DNA of 63,436 nt, counting the filler, from Nemertoderma westbladi (Eukaryota > Animalia > Xenacoelomorpha), in NCBI GenBank assembly GCA_032718475.1. It is 4 parts of 4 records of this genome, joined end to end, with 100 filler letters (N's around TTAATTAATTAA, not from the genome) between each part and the next. Parts side by side here need not be neighbours in the genome. Positions count along the whole stretch, not along the records: positions 1 to 27,684 come from JAUCBJ010000261.1; 3 more parts are not named here. One strand, given 5' to 3'. The stretch's first letter is position 1. Each line of letters begins with the position of its first letter. Shown here in pieces: positions 1 through 12,060 of the stretch. The notes under the pieces are model-generated. The model searched no databases, had not been told where the DNA came from, and worked only from the letters and a program-made list of their open reading frames with translations. Made by a program: the position numbers and the translations under genes.

Positions 1-2
1 AT

Positions 3-2555
3 CCCATTGGTTTCATTGGCCCAGTTATCTTGACGGCTAGGTGTATAGTTCGGGATATGTGGGAAGAAAACAATTCCTGGGATGACCCGTTGACTGGTAA
101 GTTGTTGGCCCGTTGGCAAGCTTGGGAGGAGACTTTGCCAGAAATTGAGGACTTTAAGGTACCACGGGCCTACTTTGGCCATGTACTACCTAATTATGAG
201 TACCAGTTACATGTCTTCAGTGATGCGAGCAAGGTTGGACTAGGTATTGTAGCTTACTTGCGTGTACAAACCCCTCACGATGTACGTGTAGCCTTGGTTG
301 CTTCTAAAGCTCTCATTGTGAATAAAGAGTTAAGGACACGACCACCTAGGGCAGAATTGAAAGCAGGTTTCTATGCAACAACTGTTGCTAAAAACGTGAC
401 TGAATATTTGAATTTTGAAATATCAAGGACTACATTTTGGACTGACGCTGTCTTGGTTCTAGAATATTTAACTAACGAAGTATGTCAGTTTAGTGTATAT
501 GTAACGAACAGAGTTGCAATCATGCTCAGCCGCACAAAGGTGGATCAATGGAGGCATTGCCCCGGTACTATCAATCCCGCTGACATTGCTTCGCGTGGTG
601 CGACTCCAAGAGAGTTGATTAATACCAAATGTTGGCTCAACGGACCAGAGTTCTTATGGGAGGCTGGAAACGAATGGCCGAAAAATCTGACACCGGCAGA
701 AATCCGACAGGCTAAGGGAGCCGAAATAATAAAGCCAAGGAAAACTACAAAATCAAAGTTATTCACCAAACCACTTGATATAACTGCCCAAATAGTTGAC
801 AATGACTTGGCCCGGAAACCAGAAACTGGACTTCAGAATTCGTATTTCGCTAAACATGAGGAACCCCATGAAAACATAACAACCAATTCAGACTTACCAA
901 ACAATATTAGTGATACTTCAAAGATCACACCACGACAATCAAGTGATACATTACCTAACATAAAACAAGGATTATCACCCTTATTGGAAGAAGCAATGAA
1001 TCACTATAGTTCTTGGTATAGACTTTGTAAGAGCGTGACATATCTCAAGAAATACGTGCACTACCGTTTTGGTGTGTCTAGAGACTGTACACCAGCAGTG
1101 ACGCGAGGAGATATTGACGAGACTAATAAACAACTACTGTGTCTTTCTCAGAAACTCGATGACCCAGCAAGGTACAATAAATTGGTGAGTGAACCAGGCA
1201 TCACGTTGCGTGACAATTACACAAGTGTCATGATAGATGGGTTAATTAGGGTAGGAGGTAGATTGACTAACGCTCCTGTGTCTAAGGATACCATATTCCC
1301 AATAATAATATATAGCCCAGATATACAACGTAAGTTAATTCAAGACACACATGCCAAACTTTACCATGCTGGCCGTGAACGAATTCTTAGTGAACTGCGC
1401 ACTCGTTATTACTTGGTTAAACCCCGCAAGTCACTTAATAAAATTTTAAGGAATTGCATCCCCTGTAAAAGACTGTACAGTAAGCCATTAACCCAAATTG
1501 AAGCGGAGTTACCACGTGAGAGGGTAAGTTGCTACCAACCGCCGTTCACAAACACCGGTGTTGACATGTTTGGACCAATAGAGGTCAAACGAGCACGTAC
1601 CAAAGTAAAACGATGGTGTATTATATTTGTTTGTCAGACGTGTAGAGCGATACATCTGGATATGGCCAACGACATGTCGATGGATAGCTTCCTTTTGTGT
1701 TTGAGACGACAGATAGCACGGTTCGGCAGCAGTCAAACTATACGTTCTGACCAAGGAACCAATTTCGTCGGCGCTAGCAGAGAAATCACCACATATGTTG
1801 ATAGATGGAACCAGGAACAAGTTGATGAGTTATTGAGAGTAAACGCGGCAACTTGGACGTTCAACGCAGCTGACGCACCATGGTGGGGAGGTAGCTGGGA
1901 GCGGATGATCCGAAGTGTTAAAATAGCGTTCCACCACGTGATACCATGCGGGGCATACCTAACAGATGAGTTACTTCGCACCTTCCTGGAAGAAATAGCA
2001 GCTTACATTAACGACCGCCCATTGATGCCTGCTTCGTCTGATCCGAAGTCATTGGAGTCGCTGACACCTGCCCACTTCCTGATGAAGAAACCCATCGTTA
2101 TGGTACCTGTTTCTAATTCGGAAGATTCCCATATATACTTACGTCAAACATGGCGGATGATGCAATTACTTTCCAATAGATTCGCCTTACACTTCGAGAA
2201 ACACTACTTACCATCTCTCCAACTGCGCACCAAATGGTTTAGTCGTCAGGAAAACCTTCGAATTGATGACGTAGTACTAATAGTCGACGACGATATCCCG
2301 AGGAAGCGATGGCAAACTGGACGTGTCACAGTTGTCCATACATCCGCTGACGGACTTGTGAGATCAGTCGACCTCATCGTAATGAGAAAGAAGAAACAAA
2401 GGGAGAAGGATAAGAAGAAATTAGAATTCGTACCTCAAACATTGAATAGACCAATTGGTCGGCTCTGTTTGCTGGAAATAGCCCGCGAGGAATCAGGCGA
2501 TTATGGTCGTAAAAAACCAACACTGTATTCCTTTGAACACATTAATCCAAATTAA
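3..2555 (+). CDS. BEL/Pao polyprotein C-terminal part (RT end, RNase H, integrase); frame open from the window start
   Basis: PIGFIGP..RDMW, LHVFSDAS, PRAEL, FWTDA, WRHCPGTINPADIASRG, HHCC (HAKLYHAG..CIPC), TGVDMFGP, SDQGTNFVGA, APWWGGSWERMIRSVK, INDRPL, LTPAHFL, DGLVRSV; no internal stops. Confidence 0.95.
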   Translation, partial: PIGFIGPVILTARCIVRDMWEENNSWDDPLTGKLLARWQAWEETLPEIEDFKVPRAYFGHVLPNYEYQLHVFSDASKVGLGIVAYLRVQTPHDVRVALVASKALIVNKELRTRPPRAELKAGFYATTVAKNVTEYLNFEISRTTFWTDAVLVLEYLTNEVCQFSVYVTNRVAIMLSRTKVDQWRHCPGTINPADIASRGATPRELINTKCWLNGPEFLWEAGNEWPKNLTPAEIRQAKGAEIIKPRKTTKSKLFTKPLDITAQIVDNDLARKPETGLQNSYFAKHEEPHENITTNSDLPNNISDTSKITPRQSSDTLPNIKQGLSPLLEEAMNHYSSWYRLCKSVTYLKKYVHYRFGVSRDCTPAVTRGDIDETNKQLLCLSQKLDDPARYNKLVSEPGITLRDNYTSVMIDGLIRVGGRLTNAPVSKDTIFPIIIYSPDIQRKLIQDTHAKLYHAGRERILSELRTRYYLVKPRKSLNKILRNCIPCKRLYSKPLTQIEAELPRERVSCYQPPFTNTGVDMFGPIEVKRARTKVKRWCIIFVCQTCRAIHLDMANDMSMDSFLLCLRRQIARFGSSQTIRSDQGTNFVGASREITTYVDRWNQEQVDELLRVNAATWTFNAADAPWWGGSWERMIRSVKIAFHHVIPCGAYLTDELLRTFLEEIAAYINDRPLMPASSDPKSLESLTPAHFLMKKPIVMVPVSNSEDSHIYLRQTWRMMQLLSNRFALHFEKHYLPSLQLRTKWFSRQENLRIDDVVLIVDDDIPRKRWQTGRVTVVHTSADGLVRSVDLIVMRKKKQREKDKKKLEFVPQTLNRPIGRLCLLEIAREESGDYGRKKPTLYSFEHINPN

Positions 2556-2779
2556 TAAACATTGGATACGATTGTGATGATAACATTCCATCAAATCGTG
2601 GGAACGGGTTATTGTAAATTCGGATTAACATAGCAAAATTTTTTAAAAAATTTAAAGAGTGCAGATTCTTAAAGTTTAGCTTATTTACGCTGTAAGAATA
2701 TACTGTATGTACGCTCTAAGAATATCATGTATGTACGCTGTACCTGTAAGAATATAATGTAAATATTTAGGCTACATAA

Positions 2780-3500
2780 TAGTGACACAAAATAAATTTG
2801 GCTTTATTGTACATTAATCTACGAGTCTGTAATAGGCTTATGCTATGTAAGTTACTTTTAAGTCTTTTACTGTACACTGTACAGTAAAAGAAGTCCCATA
2901 GCACGTCAATAAAATATGACAAATCACGGGAACGGAATAAACTCACACTGCTGAGTAAAAATTTTGTTCAACACCCCGTGTAATTATACTATATATCCCA
3001 TTTGGTCTTATTGTACAATAACTTATGTTATAAATGGCTTAATGTTCGCCGGTGTACAATAAGAGAAGTCCCCACATAACAATATGAATAAATATATTGT
3101 TTATACCTTTGACAAACTGAATGTTTGGATGTCCCAAGGCATCGTTGAACCTATCCGATGTACTTGCACATCATAATAAGCATCAGTTGTTAACGTCGTA
3201 TTATAAATAAAATATTTCTTTAACCGATGCACTTGCTGCGCTTTATAACAAACATTATTTGTTATAAATTTAAATAATTAGGGGAACGGATGGCAAAATC
3301 AACCCAATAAAATAACCAATTTGGCCTCCTTGTACATTAATTCACGGATAGATATATTTATATTCAACCGGTGTGCAACGAGGGAAGTCTTCACAACAGT
3401 CAAATACTGTTGTCATTTTGACCATTTAAAGCCACAAGTCATCCCTGAATTAACCAGATGTATTTGTGCGCGCAATAACGTCAATTGCTAACGTCTTTAT
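2780..3500 (+). repeat. Diverged tandem repeats (about 3 copies) in the BEL 3' non-coding region
   Basis: tttgg..t..ttgtaca.taa at about 2796, 3001 and 3320; gaagtc(c/t) at about 2890, 3065 and 3384; gggaacgg at about 2600, 2928, 3282 and 5422. Confidence 0.55.
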
Positions 3501-4059
3501 ATCTAATATAAATGTTAAATTGCAAAATTTTCAAATAGAAGGAACAAAATAAATTATTTCAATCAGACAGAAATATATTAATATTTCATGTCACGTTATT
3601 TAACCGATGTCACAGATGATAAATAAGATATAAATCTGTTATATGACATTACCTCTATTTGAATGCATGAGAACTACTCTAACTATTCTCGTTCTCCTAG
3701 ATGCCGCAGTTATAGTTGATTAATTCGAAAGTTAAAGCATAATTATTGTTCCATTTTTGTCAAACAACAAATAATGGGATAATAATATGTATACAATTAG
3801 TAACTAGCTATGAAATTTAATTAGAGTTTATATGATCAATAGCGGCCCGCAGCTCTGGATGGTTTTGAGGGACTTGGCTTAAGTTTATTGTCCGCCACCG
3901 GATCGGTAGTTATATCCGAAGGTGCGGAACAAAACAATAAACTGCCCGAGAAACTCAAACCATACTGCGGGTGAAAGGGAAGAGGTGGCGACGTCCGCTA
4001 ACCTCAATATCGACAAGCACTTATAACTCTTGATATCTTTGGATCATATATATCGAACA

Positions 4060-5360
4060 ATGGATTTAATTGAAGATGATCACGAATTAAGGGAGCGATA
4101 TATTCGGGCTATGAAGGAATTATTGGATGGTCTCTCAATTGGATCACCGACGAACAACCCCTATCTCGATATGCTGAGCCGTAAATGATGGATGAGCAAC
4201 TCAGATGGGAGTTCAACTATTGTAGTTCCCCGAATTACCTTACACAAACCGAGATGTTTGAACACTCTTTGACGAGCGAACCAAGAATCGCAATCCTTGA
4301 TCACCGAATCCTTTATCATATTTGGACCCTTTTGATTAGAGAGTACAGTCAAGTGAGTTCCCCGAGATCAGCGAGTATTCCCCTCCACGTCAACCGCTGC
4401 CCATTGTGTATGTGGCGACTGTCACGATCTAATGAATAGACTCTCTAACTGACTCGAGACATCATCCATGGAACAGTTGTCTCCAGTATATCTGAAGTCA
4501 ATCAGAAATTATCGATCCTTTCGACTACTGCATATATGAGTCGAATGACATCATGTATCGAGATTCTAGCGTTGTTGGAACAGCTCAACCAAACCATGGA
4601 AATTGAGCTGACTGCCAGTCTGGTGGCGAGAATAGGACACAGTAGACTCTGTACGAACAACAAAGAGTTTGGTCGCCCGACATAGAGTTATAACATAGGG
4701 TCATTGACCGTATGGACACCTGTTTCGAACGAAATTACCTCCATGGTACAATTCCTGATGATAATGAGTCCTACAGTATCGTCAAAGTAATTCAACAAGG
4801 TCCCAAAGACGGCGATTCCTTCTTCGAGAAATCATCCCGAGTTGAGGGAGACGGAGTGCCGCAAGGTTAAAACAAATCGACATCGGGACCATGTATCCAA
4901 TTTCCAATGAACCTAAGCAGTTCATGACAACAACTAAACCATTCGCAGTCCCGACGCAGCCGTATTAATACATGTGTTGGACTTACCTCCGATAAAACCG
5001 AGACGAGATACCAATATTGGGTATGGGAAATTACTGAAGCGGTCTACTGCGAGACAGCACCGTTAACTTCAGACGGGTAACGAACAGCTGAACACGTCTA
5101 TCCGCGCATATGCTGGTAAGGTTCTTGTTGCTGACGTTCTAGAACTGCGCCCATTCCCAGATGACACCTTGGTGGAGTCACTTACCCATTACCCAAACAC
5201 CCTCGATATGATTACCAAGGGCGAAGTTGGCAGATTAAAGTCGAAAAGGTCAAGAAGGAAGGTTAAACAAGGTAGATTGAGCCTGCTGCGGAGATTAGGA
5301 GAATTGAGTCTTCCGAATTGTAAATTCTGTTTATTTAACAAGAACTTGTTAAATTTGTAA
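4060..5360 (+). pseudogene. Degraded accessory ORF between integrase and the 3' LTR of the BEL element; product unknown
   Basis: GC-elevated, coding-like; the frame starting at 4185 runs to about 4790 with only three internal stops; a further long open stretch at about 4940-5360. Confidence 0.45.
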
Positions 5361-5429
5361 ACTTTGTTTATTAAGCAGAACTTGTTTTACAAGTTGTAGT
5401 ATGTACTTAGCCTCAACTCTCGGGAACGG

Positions 5430-6192
5430 TGTTAATGCCACTAGTGTATGGCATTTACCTTGCAGGCTCGCCCCATATTGTTAATTTACTTCTGCCAGGG
5501 AATTATTATGTTATACGGCAAGGGCCATGCAGAATAGCTCTGATTGGCTAATACCCATTTGCATTCAGCTTACCAGCCCCAGCCTATATAGTATATATAG
5601 TATAGCATTATATCAGTTGGTTAGCCTAACTATTGAAGATTTATTAGTTAATAGCTCACTAGCTGTTAGTAGATTTGTGGGTCGGAATATTCACGTCAAT
5701 TCGTGATATTGCCGATGTCAATTTGTGATATTGATTCGTATTATGTCGATTTATTGTTTGTATATTAATTAATTTGTTATATCAGTTGAATTATTGCGAT
5801 TTATGTTATTATTATGTTATCGATAAAGATAAAGAGAATGGATTCAAGTCATTCCGTTGTTGATTAACGTTGGTAGCACAATAACATTGAGGTTGGTGGT
5901 CTATAGACTGTACGGTATTGCAACTCATCGCATTGGGGTGTGTGTTACAGTATTGTCATATGACGCCTAATATTAATAGCAAACTAACATATTTTAATAC
6001 GTGCACAAAATTAATTCCTGTGACATCGGTATCTCGGATTGTCAGTTTCATAAATCCGACTTCCATAAGTCTCGAATGAATACAGTTTTCAGTTAGACAT
6101 AAAGACGTAAGCAGTCCAGACACACAACTTAAAGGAACTATTTATACGGGGTTTCAAATCTGTTTATAGTAACGCCAGTTTTATATGCAACA
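5430..6192 (+). repeat. 3' LTR of the BEL element (end approximate)
   Basis: TGTT start after a PPT-like tract; CCAAT box (gattggct) about 5541; TATA-like tatata about 5584; ccataagtctcgaa resembles the solo LTR at 31433. Confidence 0.6.
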
Positions 6193-6301
6193 ATAAATTA
6201 TTCTACGAGTACAAGTAACGGTTACTAGCGCCCGTTTCTTGTATATACAGCTGGTCGTAAGTTTAGGCTCATTATTTGCAAAATTGAATTGTAGCGCTAA
6301 C

Positions 6302-8127
6302 ACCAGGTACTACCGTAGTAATAACCATCTAGGCATCAGGTACTACCTTAGAATTAACCACCTTGGCATCATGTACTACCGTAGTATTAACCGCCAAGGT
6401 ATCATGCACTACCGTAGTATTAACCGCCAAGGCATCATGTACTACCGTAGTATTAACCGCCTAGGCATCAGGTACTATTGCAGTATTAACCGCCTAGGTA
6501 TCAGTACTCCCATAGTAATAACGACATAGGCATCAGGTAATACCGTAGTATTAACAGCCTAGGCATCATGTACTACTGTAGTTTTAAACACATAAGCATC
6601 AGGTACTACCGTAGTATTAACCATCTAGGCATCAGGTAATTCCTTAGTATTAACCGCCTAGGCATCATGTACTGCCGTAGTATTAACCGCATAGGCATCA
6701 TGTACTACCGTAGTATTAACCGCCTAGATATCATGTACTACCGTAGTATTAACCGCCTAGGCATCATGTACTACCGTAGTATTAACCACCTAGGCATCAT
6801 GTTCTACCGTAGTATTAACCGCCTAGGCATCAGGTATTACCGTATTATTAACCATCTAGGCATCAGGTAATTCCTTAGTATTAACCGCCTAGGCATCATG
6901 TACTGCCGTAGTATTAACCGCATAGGCATCATGTACTACCGTAGTATTAACCGCCTAGATATCATGTACTACCGTAGTATTAACCGCCTAGGCATCATGT
7001 ACTACCGTAGTATTAACCACCTAGGCATCATGTTCTACCGTAGTATTAACCGCCTAGGCATCAGGTATTACCGTATTATTAACCACCTAGGTATCAGGTA
7101 CTACTGTAGTATTAACCGCCTAGGCATCAGGTACTACCGTAGTATTAACCGCCTAGGCATCATGTTCTACCGTAGTATTAACCGCCTAGGCATCAGGTAT
7201 AGCCGTATTATTAACCGCCTAGGTATCAGGTACTACTGTAGTATTAACCGCCTAAGCATTAGGTACTACCGTAGTATTAACCATCTAGGCATCAGGTACT
7301 ACCTTAGAATTAACCACATCGGCATCATGTACTACCGTAGTATTAACCGCCAAGGCATAATGTACTACCGTAGTATTAACTGTCTAGGCATCAGGTACTA
7401 TTGCAGTATTAACCGCCTAGGCATTAGGTACTACCGCAGTATTAACCGCCTAGGTATCAGGTACTACCGTAGTATTTACCGCCTAGGCATCAGGTACTAC
7501 CGTAGTATTAACTGCCTAGGTATCAGGTACTACCGCAGTATTAACCGCCTAGGTATCAGGTACTACCGTACTATTAACCGCCTAGGTATCAGGTACTACC
7601 GTAGTATTAACCGCCTAGGCATTAGGTACTACCGCAGTATTTACCGCCTAGGCATCAGGTACTACCGTAGTATTAACTGCCTAGGTATCAGGTACTACCG
7701 CAGTATTAACCGCCTAGGTATCAGGTACTACCGTACTATTAACCGCCTAGGTATCAGGTACTACCGTAGTATTTACCGCCTAGGCATCAGGTACTACCGT
7801 AGTATTAACCGCCTAGATATCAGGTACTACCGTAGTATTAACCGCCTAGGCATCAGATACTACCATAGTATTAACCGCCTAGGCATCATGTGCTACAGTA
7901 GTATTAACCGCCTAGGCATCAGGTACTACCGTAGTATTAACCGCCTAGGTATCAGGTACTACCGTAGTATTAACCACCTAGGCATCAGGTACTATCGTAG
8001 AATAAACTACCTAGGTATCAGGTACTACCGTAGTATTAACCGCCTATGCATCAGGTACTACCGTAGTATTAACTGCCTAGGCATCATGCTCTACCGTAGT
8101 ATTAACCACCTAGGCATCAGGTACTAC
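6302..8127. repeat. 33-bp minisatellite, consensus AGGCATCAGGTACTACCGTAGTATTAACCGCCT, about 55 copies
   Basis: Direct tandem units; 11-aa periodicity (RYYRSINRLGI) in the ORF track. Confidence 0.97.
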
Positions 8128-8324
8128 TGCAGCATTCCCTCGACCAGGATTCGCACCCTCACCAAGAGGACCTAAGTGGGACATATGGGCCTTATTATTT
8201 TCATACTGACTGCCCTACGGTACTGCTGTACATACTGACTGATGGCAACATATACCGGTAACCTTCTCTGCACGATTGATATTTGATTATAATAATGTAA
8301 TGTTGGAATCACGATTCCGCGTCA
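8128..8324 (+). repeat. 5' LTR of the CsRn1-like element
   Basis: TG...CA-bounded 197-bp segment between the satellite and the PBS. Confidence 0.75.
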
Positions 8325-8325
8325 C

Positions 8326-8343
8326 TGGTGACCCTGACGAGAT
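8326..8343 (+). promoter_or_regulatory. Primer-binding site, tRNA-Trp type
   Basis: TGGTGACCCTGACGAGAT versus the canonical tRNA-Trp complement TGGTGACCCCGACGTGAT (16/18). Confidence 0.8.
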
Positions 8344-8349
8344 ATATTC

Positions 8350-9067
8350 ATGGAGGCCTCAGACATTCAGGCCCTCACTGCCATCATTGCCGCGATCCCT
8401 AAGGCCGACCCCACCACTGCAGTCAACGCGGTGACGGTGAAACTTCCCCCATTCTGGCCAAAGCGGCCGGAGGTCTGGTTCCGCCAGGTGGAGGCGCAAT
8501 TTGCACTCCGCGCGATCACCGTTGACTCTACTAAATTTAACTATATAATCGCGGCGCTCGATAATGCAACCACTGGCGAAGTCGAGGCGATCATCCTCTC
8601 CCCACCTGCCACTGACTCTTACCAGGCCATCAAGGACGCCCACTCACAGGCAGCCAAGGATGCAGAGCTACTCCCTCTCGCCGGCCTCGGGGACCGGAAA
8701 CCTTCGGGCCTCCTCAACCACATCCGCAGCCTCAATGCCAATCCCGACACCATATTCCGCGCCCTGTTCCTCGCCAGCTCCGGTAAGACGGACCTCAACA
8801 AATTGGCAGCTGACGCCGACCTTATCATGGAAACCTACCCCGGCTCAAAATATCGCTACGATATGGCGCAACGGCGCACCACGTTTCACTAGCCAGCAAC
8901 CGCCACTCTGCTACTTCCACCAGAAATTCGGCAGGGATGCCAGGAACTGCAAGCGCGGCTACTGCTCAATGTCCCACCTCGTCCCGCCATTGGTGCAAAC
9001 AGATCTCTCGCACACAGCCCCTACAACACACTCCGGTCGACTGGAAAACAGCCCAGCCGGCCGCTAA
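8350..9067 (+). pseudogene. gag of the CsRn1-like element (frameshifted)
   Basis: ORF 8350-8892 plus the CHCC motif in the overlapping frame ending at 9067. Confidence 0.85.
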
Positions 9068-9102
9068 TTCCCGCGGTCGGCCACCCTGGGGGTACAGACA
9101 CA

Positions 9103-11900
9103 ATGTCCGTGTCGGACGTGCGCTTCGGCCAGACCTACCTCATTGACTGCGGGGCGCAACTATCGGTCATTCCAGCCGCAACACAGGATCGTCGCCTCCC
9201 TCGCACACCACCCCTTGTTTCTGTGAATGTCACCGCCATTGCGACCTGGGGCCGCCGGAAGTACACGATCCTCCTCGCTGGTCATGAGTTATCCCTTGAG
9301 GCTCATGTGGCCAATGTCACCCAACCAATCCTCGGCGCCGACTTCTTGGGACTACCCTCTGTCGCCGCCATCTCCATTTTCGAGAAGGTGCTCGAGGAGT
9401 TCCCCGAACTCCTCAAACCCCGTTTCGCCCCCACAGATGACAACCTCCACGGTGTTGAGCAGAACATCATCACCGATTGCCCTCCCCTCTCCGCCCACGC
9501 CCGGCACCTCAATGCGGAGAAACTGACAATCGCCAAGGATGAGTTCTTGAAAATGGAAAAACTCGGTATCATCCGGAGGTCAAACTCCCCATGGGCATCA
9601 GCTCTCCACATCACGCCGAAACCTGACGGCGGGTGGCGACTTCAGGCGGCTCAATGACGCCACGCTGCCCGACATGTACCCACTCCCACATATACACGAC
9701 TTTAATGCCAACCTCACTGAAGCAAAAATCTTCACCAAGATTGACCTGGCGCGACGTTATCACCAGGTTCCCATGCATAAGGAGGACATCCCCAAGACCA
9801 CAGTGACCACCCTGTTCGGTCTCTGGGAGTTCCTCTGCATGCCATTCGGCCTCCGGAATACCTCCCAGACATTGCGGGGGCTGATGAACTCCATCTTCCG
9901 CGACCTCCCCTATGTCTTCGACTACCTCGACGATATCCTCGTTGGTAGCCACTCGGAGGAGGAGCACATCAGGCACCTGCGCCAGGTTTTCCGCATCTTG
10001 GCGGAGAATGGGCTCGCAGTGCAGCTCCAGAAGTGCGTGTTTGGTGTCCCATCCCTTGCCTACCTCGGACACACAGTCGACACCGACGGCATCCGCCCGC
10101 TCCCCACCAAGGTTGAGGCCATCTCCACTTTCCCCATCCCAACGACAAAAATCGCTGTGCAGCGATTCCTGGGAATGGTTAATTATTTGCAACGTTCCCT
10201 CCCAGGGATTGCCGGCACCCTAGCCCCCCTCCACGAGGTGACAAAAACTCACGCACGTGATGTCACCTGGTCGCCAGACTGCCAGTTAGCCTTCGACACA
10301 GCAAAGTCAGCTCTGGCCACCGCCACAATGCTTCACCACCGAAGCAGCGACACCGCATCGAGCATCACGGTTGATGCCTCTGACATAGCCGCTGGTGGCA
10401 TATTCGAGCAGCGACAGGGCGACATCTGGCGCCCCATCACCTTCTTCTCAAAGAAGATGTCTCCCGCTGAATGTCGCTACTCCGCCTTCGATAGAGAGTT
10501 GCTGGCGGTCTACCTTGCCATCAAAACGTTCTGACACCACGTCGAAGGCCGCGCGTGTTCAGTATTTTTACTGATCATAAGCCCTTAACTGGAGCCTTCT
10601 CCAGCTCCGTAGACCGCTCACCTCGCCAAACTCGACACTTCTCCTTCATCGCAGAGTTCTCCATGGACGTCTGCCATGTCAGTGGGAAGGACAATGTTGT
10701 CGCTGATACGCTTTCCCGTACATCGATCTCCGCAGTACTATCCCCAACCGTCAACTTCTCCCAGCTCACAGCTGCCCAGGCTGCCGCCCCAGAGGAGATG
10801 GCCACTTACCGCACAGCAATAAGCGGCCTAAAACTTGTCGACACAAACTTCCGCGACTTCACCGTCCTCTGCGACATCTCTACCGGCATCGCCCGGCCCA
10901 TCGTACCATCTACCTGGACACAGAGGGTTTTCGACGCCCTCCATGGGCTCTCCCACCCCGCCACGAGGCCCTCCATCAAAGTGGTATCTTCCCGTTTTGT
11001 ATGGCACGGCCTTAGGCGGGACATTACGCGCTGGTGCCAAGAGTGCCACCCCTATCAAGCCTCCAAAGTCACGCGCCACACACGTGCCCTGCTCACTGAG
11101 CGCGCATCGCCCACCGCAAGGTTCTCCTGCCTCCACGTAGATATCGTGGGTCCCCTCCCACCCTCGGAAATCGCCATCTATCTCTTCACCATCATAGATC
11201 ACTTCACCAGGTGGCCGGAGGCGATCCCGATACAGAACTCGGAGACTGAGACGTGCGCACGCGCACTCCTACAGGGGTGGATCGCCCGATTCGGCATCCC
11301 GACGGACATCATGTCCGACCGTGGTCCACCATTTACCTCCAAACTGTGGGCGGAACTCAACTCCCTCCTCGGGATTACGGCCAACACCACCACTGCCTAC
11401 CACCCTCAAGCAAACGGGATGGCCGAACGGCTTCATCGCCAATTAAAGGCATCCCTCAAACCGCGCCTCTTGACATGCCGTTGGATGGATGAGCTGCCAC
11501 TAGTCCTCCTCGGCATCAGAACGGCGTGGCGGGAGGACCCCAGTACCACACCCGCCGAACTCGTCTATGGCGTGCCATTGCACGTTCCTGGGGAGTTCAT
11601 TCCCCCACTGTCTCGTTTGTCAACCCCTTCCTCAAACTTCGTCTGACAGCTCCAGGATGATATGCGCAACCTGAAACCACCCGTACCGAGTTCCATGGCA
11701 CACCCATCGACCGTGTCCCGCCAAACCTACAAGGCGCCGAGTTTGTTTATGTACGGCGCGACGGCCACAGAACTCCGTTACAACAACCCTATTCCGGGCC
11801 GTTACCCGTGGTTAAACCTGGACCCAAAACTTTTGAAATACAGGTCGGGCGACGATGAAACACAGTCTCGGTCGACCGCCTTAAAATCGCCCACAGCGTC
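9103..11900 (+). pseudogene. pol of the CsRn1-like element (protease, RT, RNase H, integrase) with frameshifts and stops
   Basis: YLIDCGA, SPWASALH, MPFGLRN, YLDD, YSAFDRELLA, TDHKPL, GKDNVVAD, integrase core across ORFs 9103, 9674 and 10555. Confidence 0.9.
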
Positions 11901-11935
11901 GCGTCAACCGACATGCTCGCAATACCGCACAAATC

Positions 11936-12060
11936 AGTAGTATTAACTGTCTAGGCATCAGGTACTACCGTAGTATTAACCGCCTAGGTATCAGGTACTA
12001 CCATAGTATTAACCGCCTAGGCATCATGTACTACCGTAGTATTAAACGCCTAGTTATCAT
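11936..12060. repeat. Continuation of the 33-bp minisatellite (about 4 units)
   Basis: The same unit resumes directly after the Gypsy element. Confidence 0.95.

Larger units (their letters stand above)
1..6192 (+). mobile_element. BEL/Pao LTR retrotransposon, 3' part (runs off the left window edge; 3' LTR end uncertain, 6025-6192)
   Basis: Pao-type pol, then about 2.9 kb of 3' region, then purine-rich cgggaacgg followed by TGTT at 5430 (LTR start). Confidence 0.85.
8128..11935 (+). mobile_element. Gypsy LTR retrotransposon, CsRn1-like clade; degraded, 3' LTR missing; inserted in the minisatellite
   Basis: 5' LTR 8128-8324; tRNA-Trp-type PBS; gag KLPPFW..WFRQVEAQF; CHCC knuckle CYFH..C..C; RT YLDD; RNase H VDASD; integrase HVDIVGP, SDRG, YHPQANG. 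Confidence 0.92.

Noticed and set aside
4060-4569. TGA readthrough or recoded ORF (seven TGA and no TAA/TAG in the 4060 frame)
   Set aside because: The overlapping frame from 4185 has fewer stops and looks more protein-like; a frameshift explains the pattern more simply
6302-8127. CRISPR-like array
   Set aside because: Units are contiguous with no unique spacers, there are no cas genes, and the context is eukaryotic
6898-8175. 425-aa Arg/Tyr-rich repeat protein gene
   Set aside because: Follows from a 33-bp stop-free unit; neighbouring units contain stops and the ORF ends inside an LTR
8359-11492. Numerous antisense and alternate-frame ORFs over the Gypsy element
   Set aside because: Shadow ORFs expected in GC-rich coding sequence; no motifs
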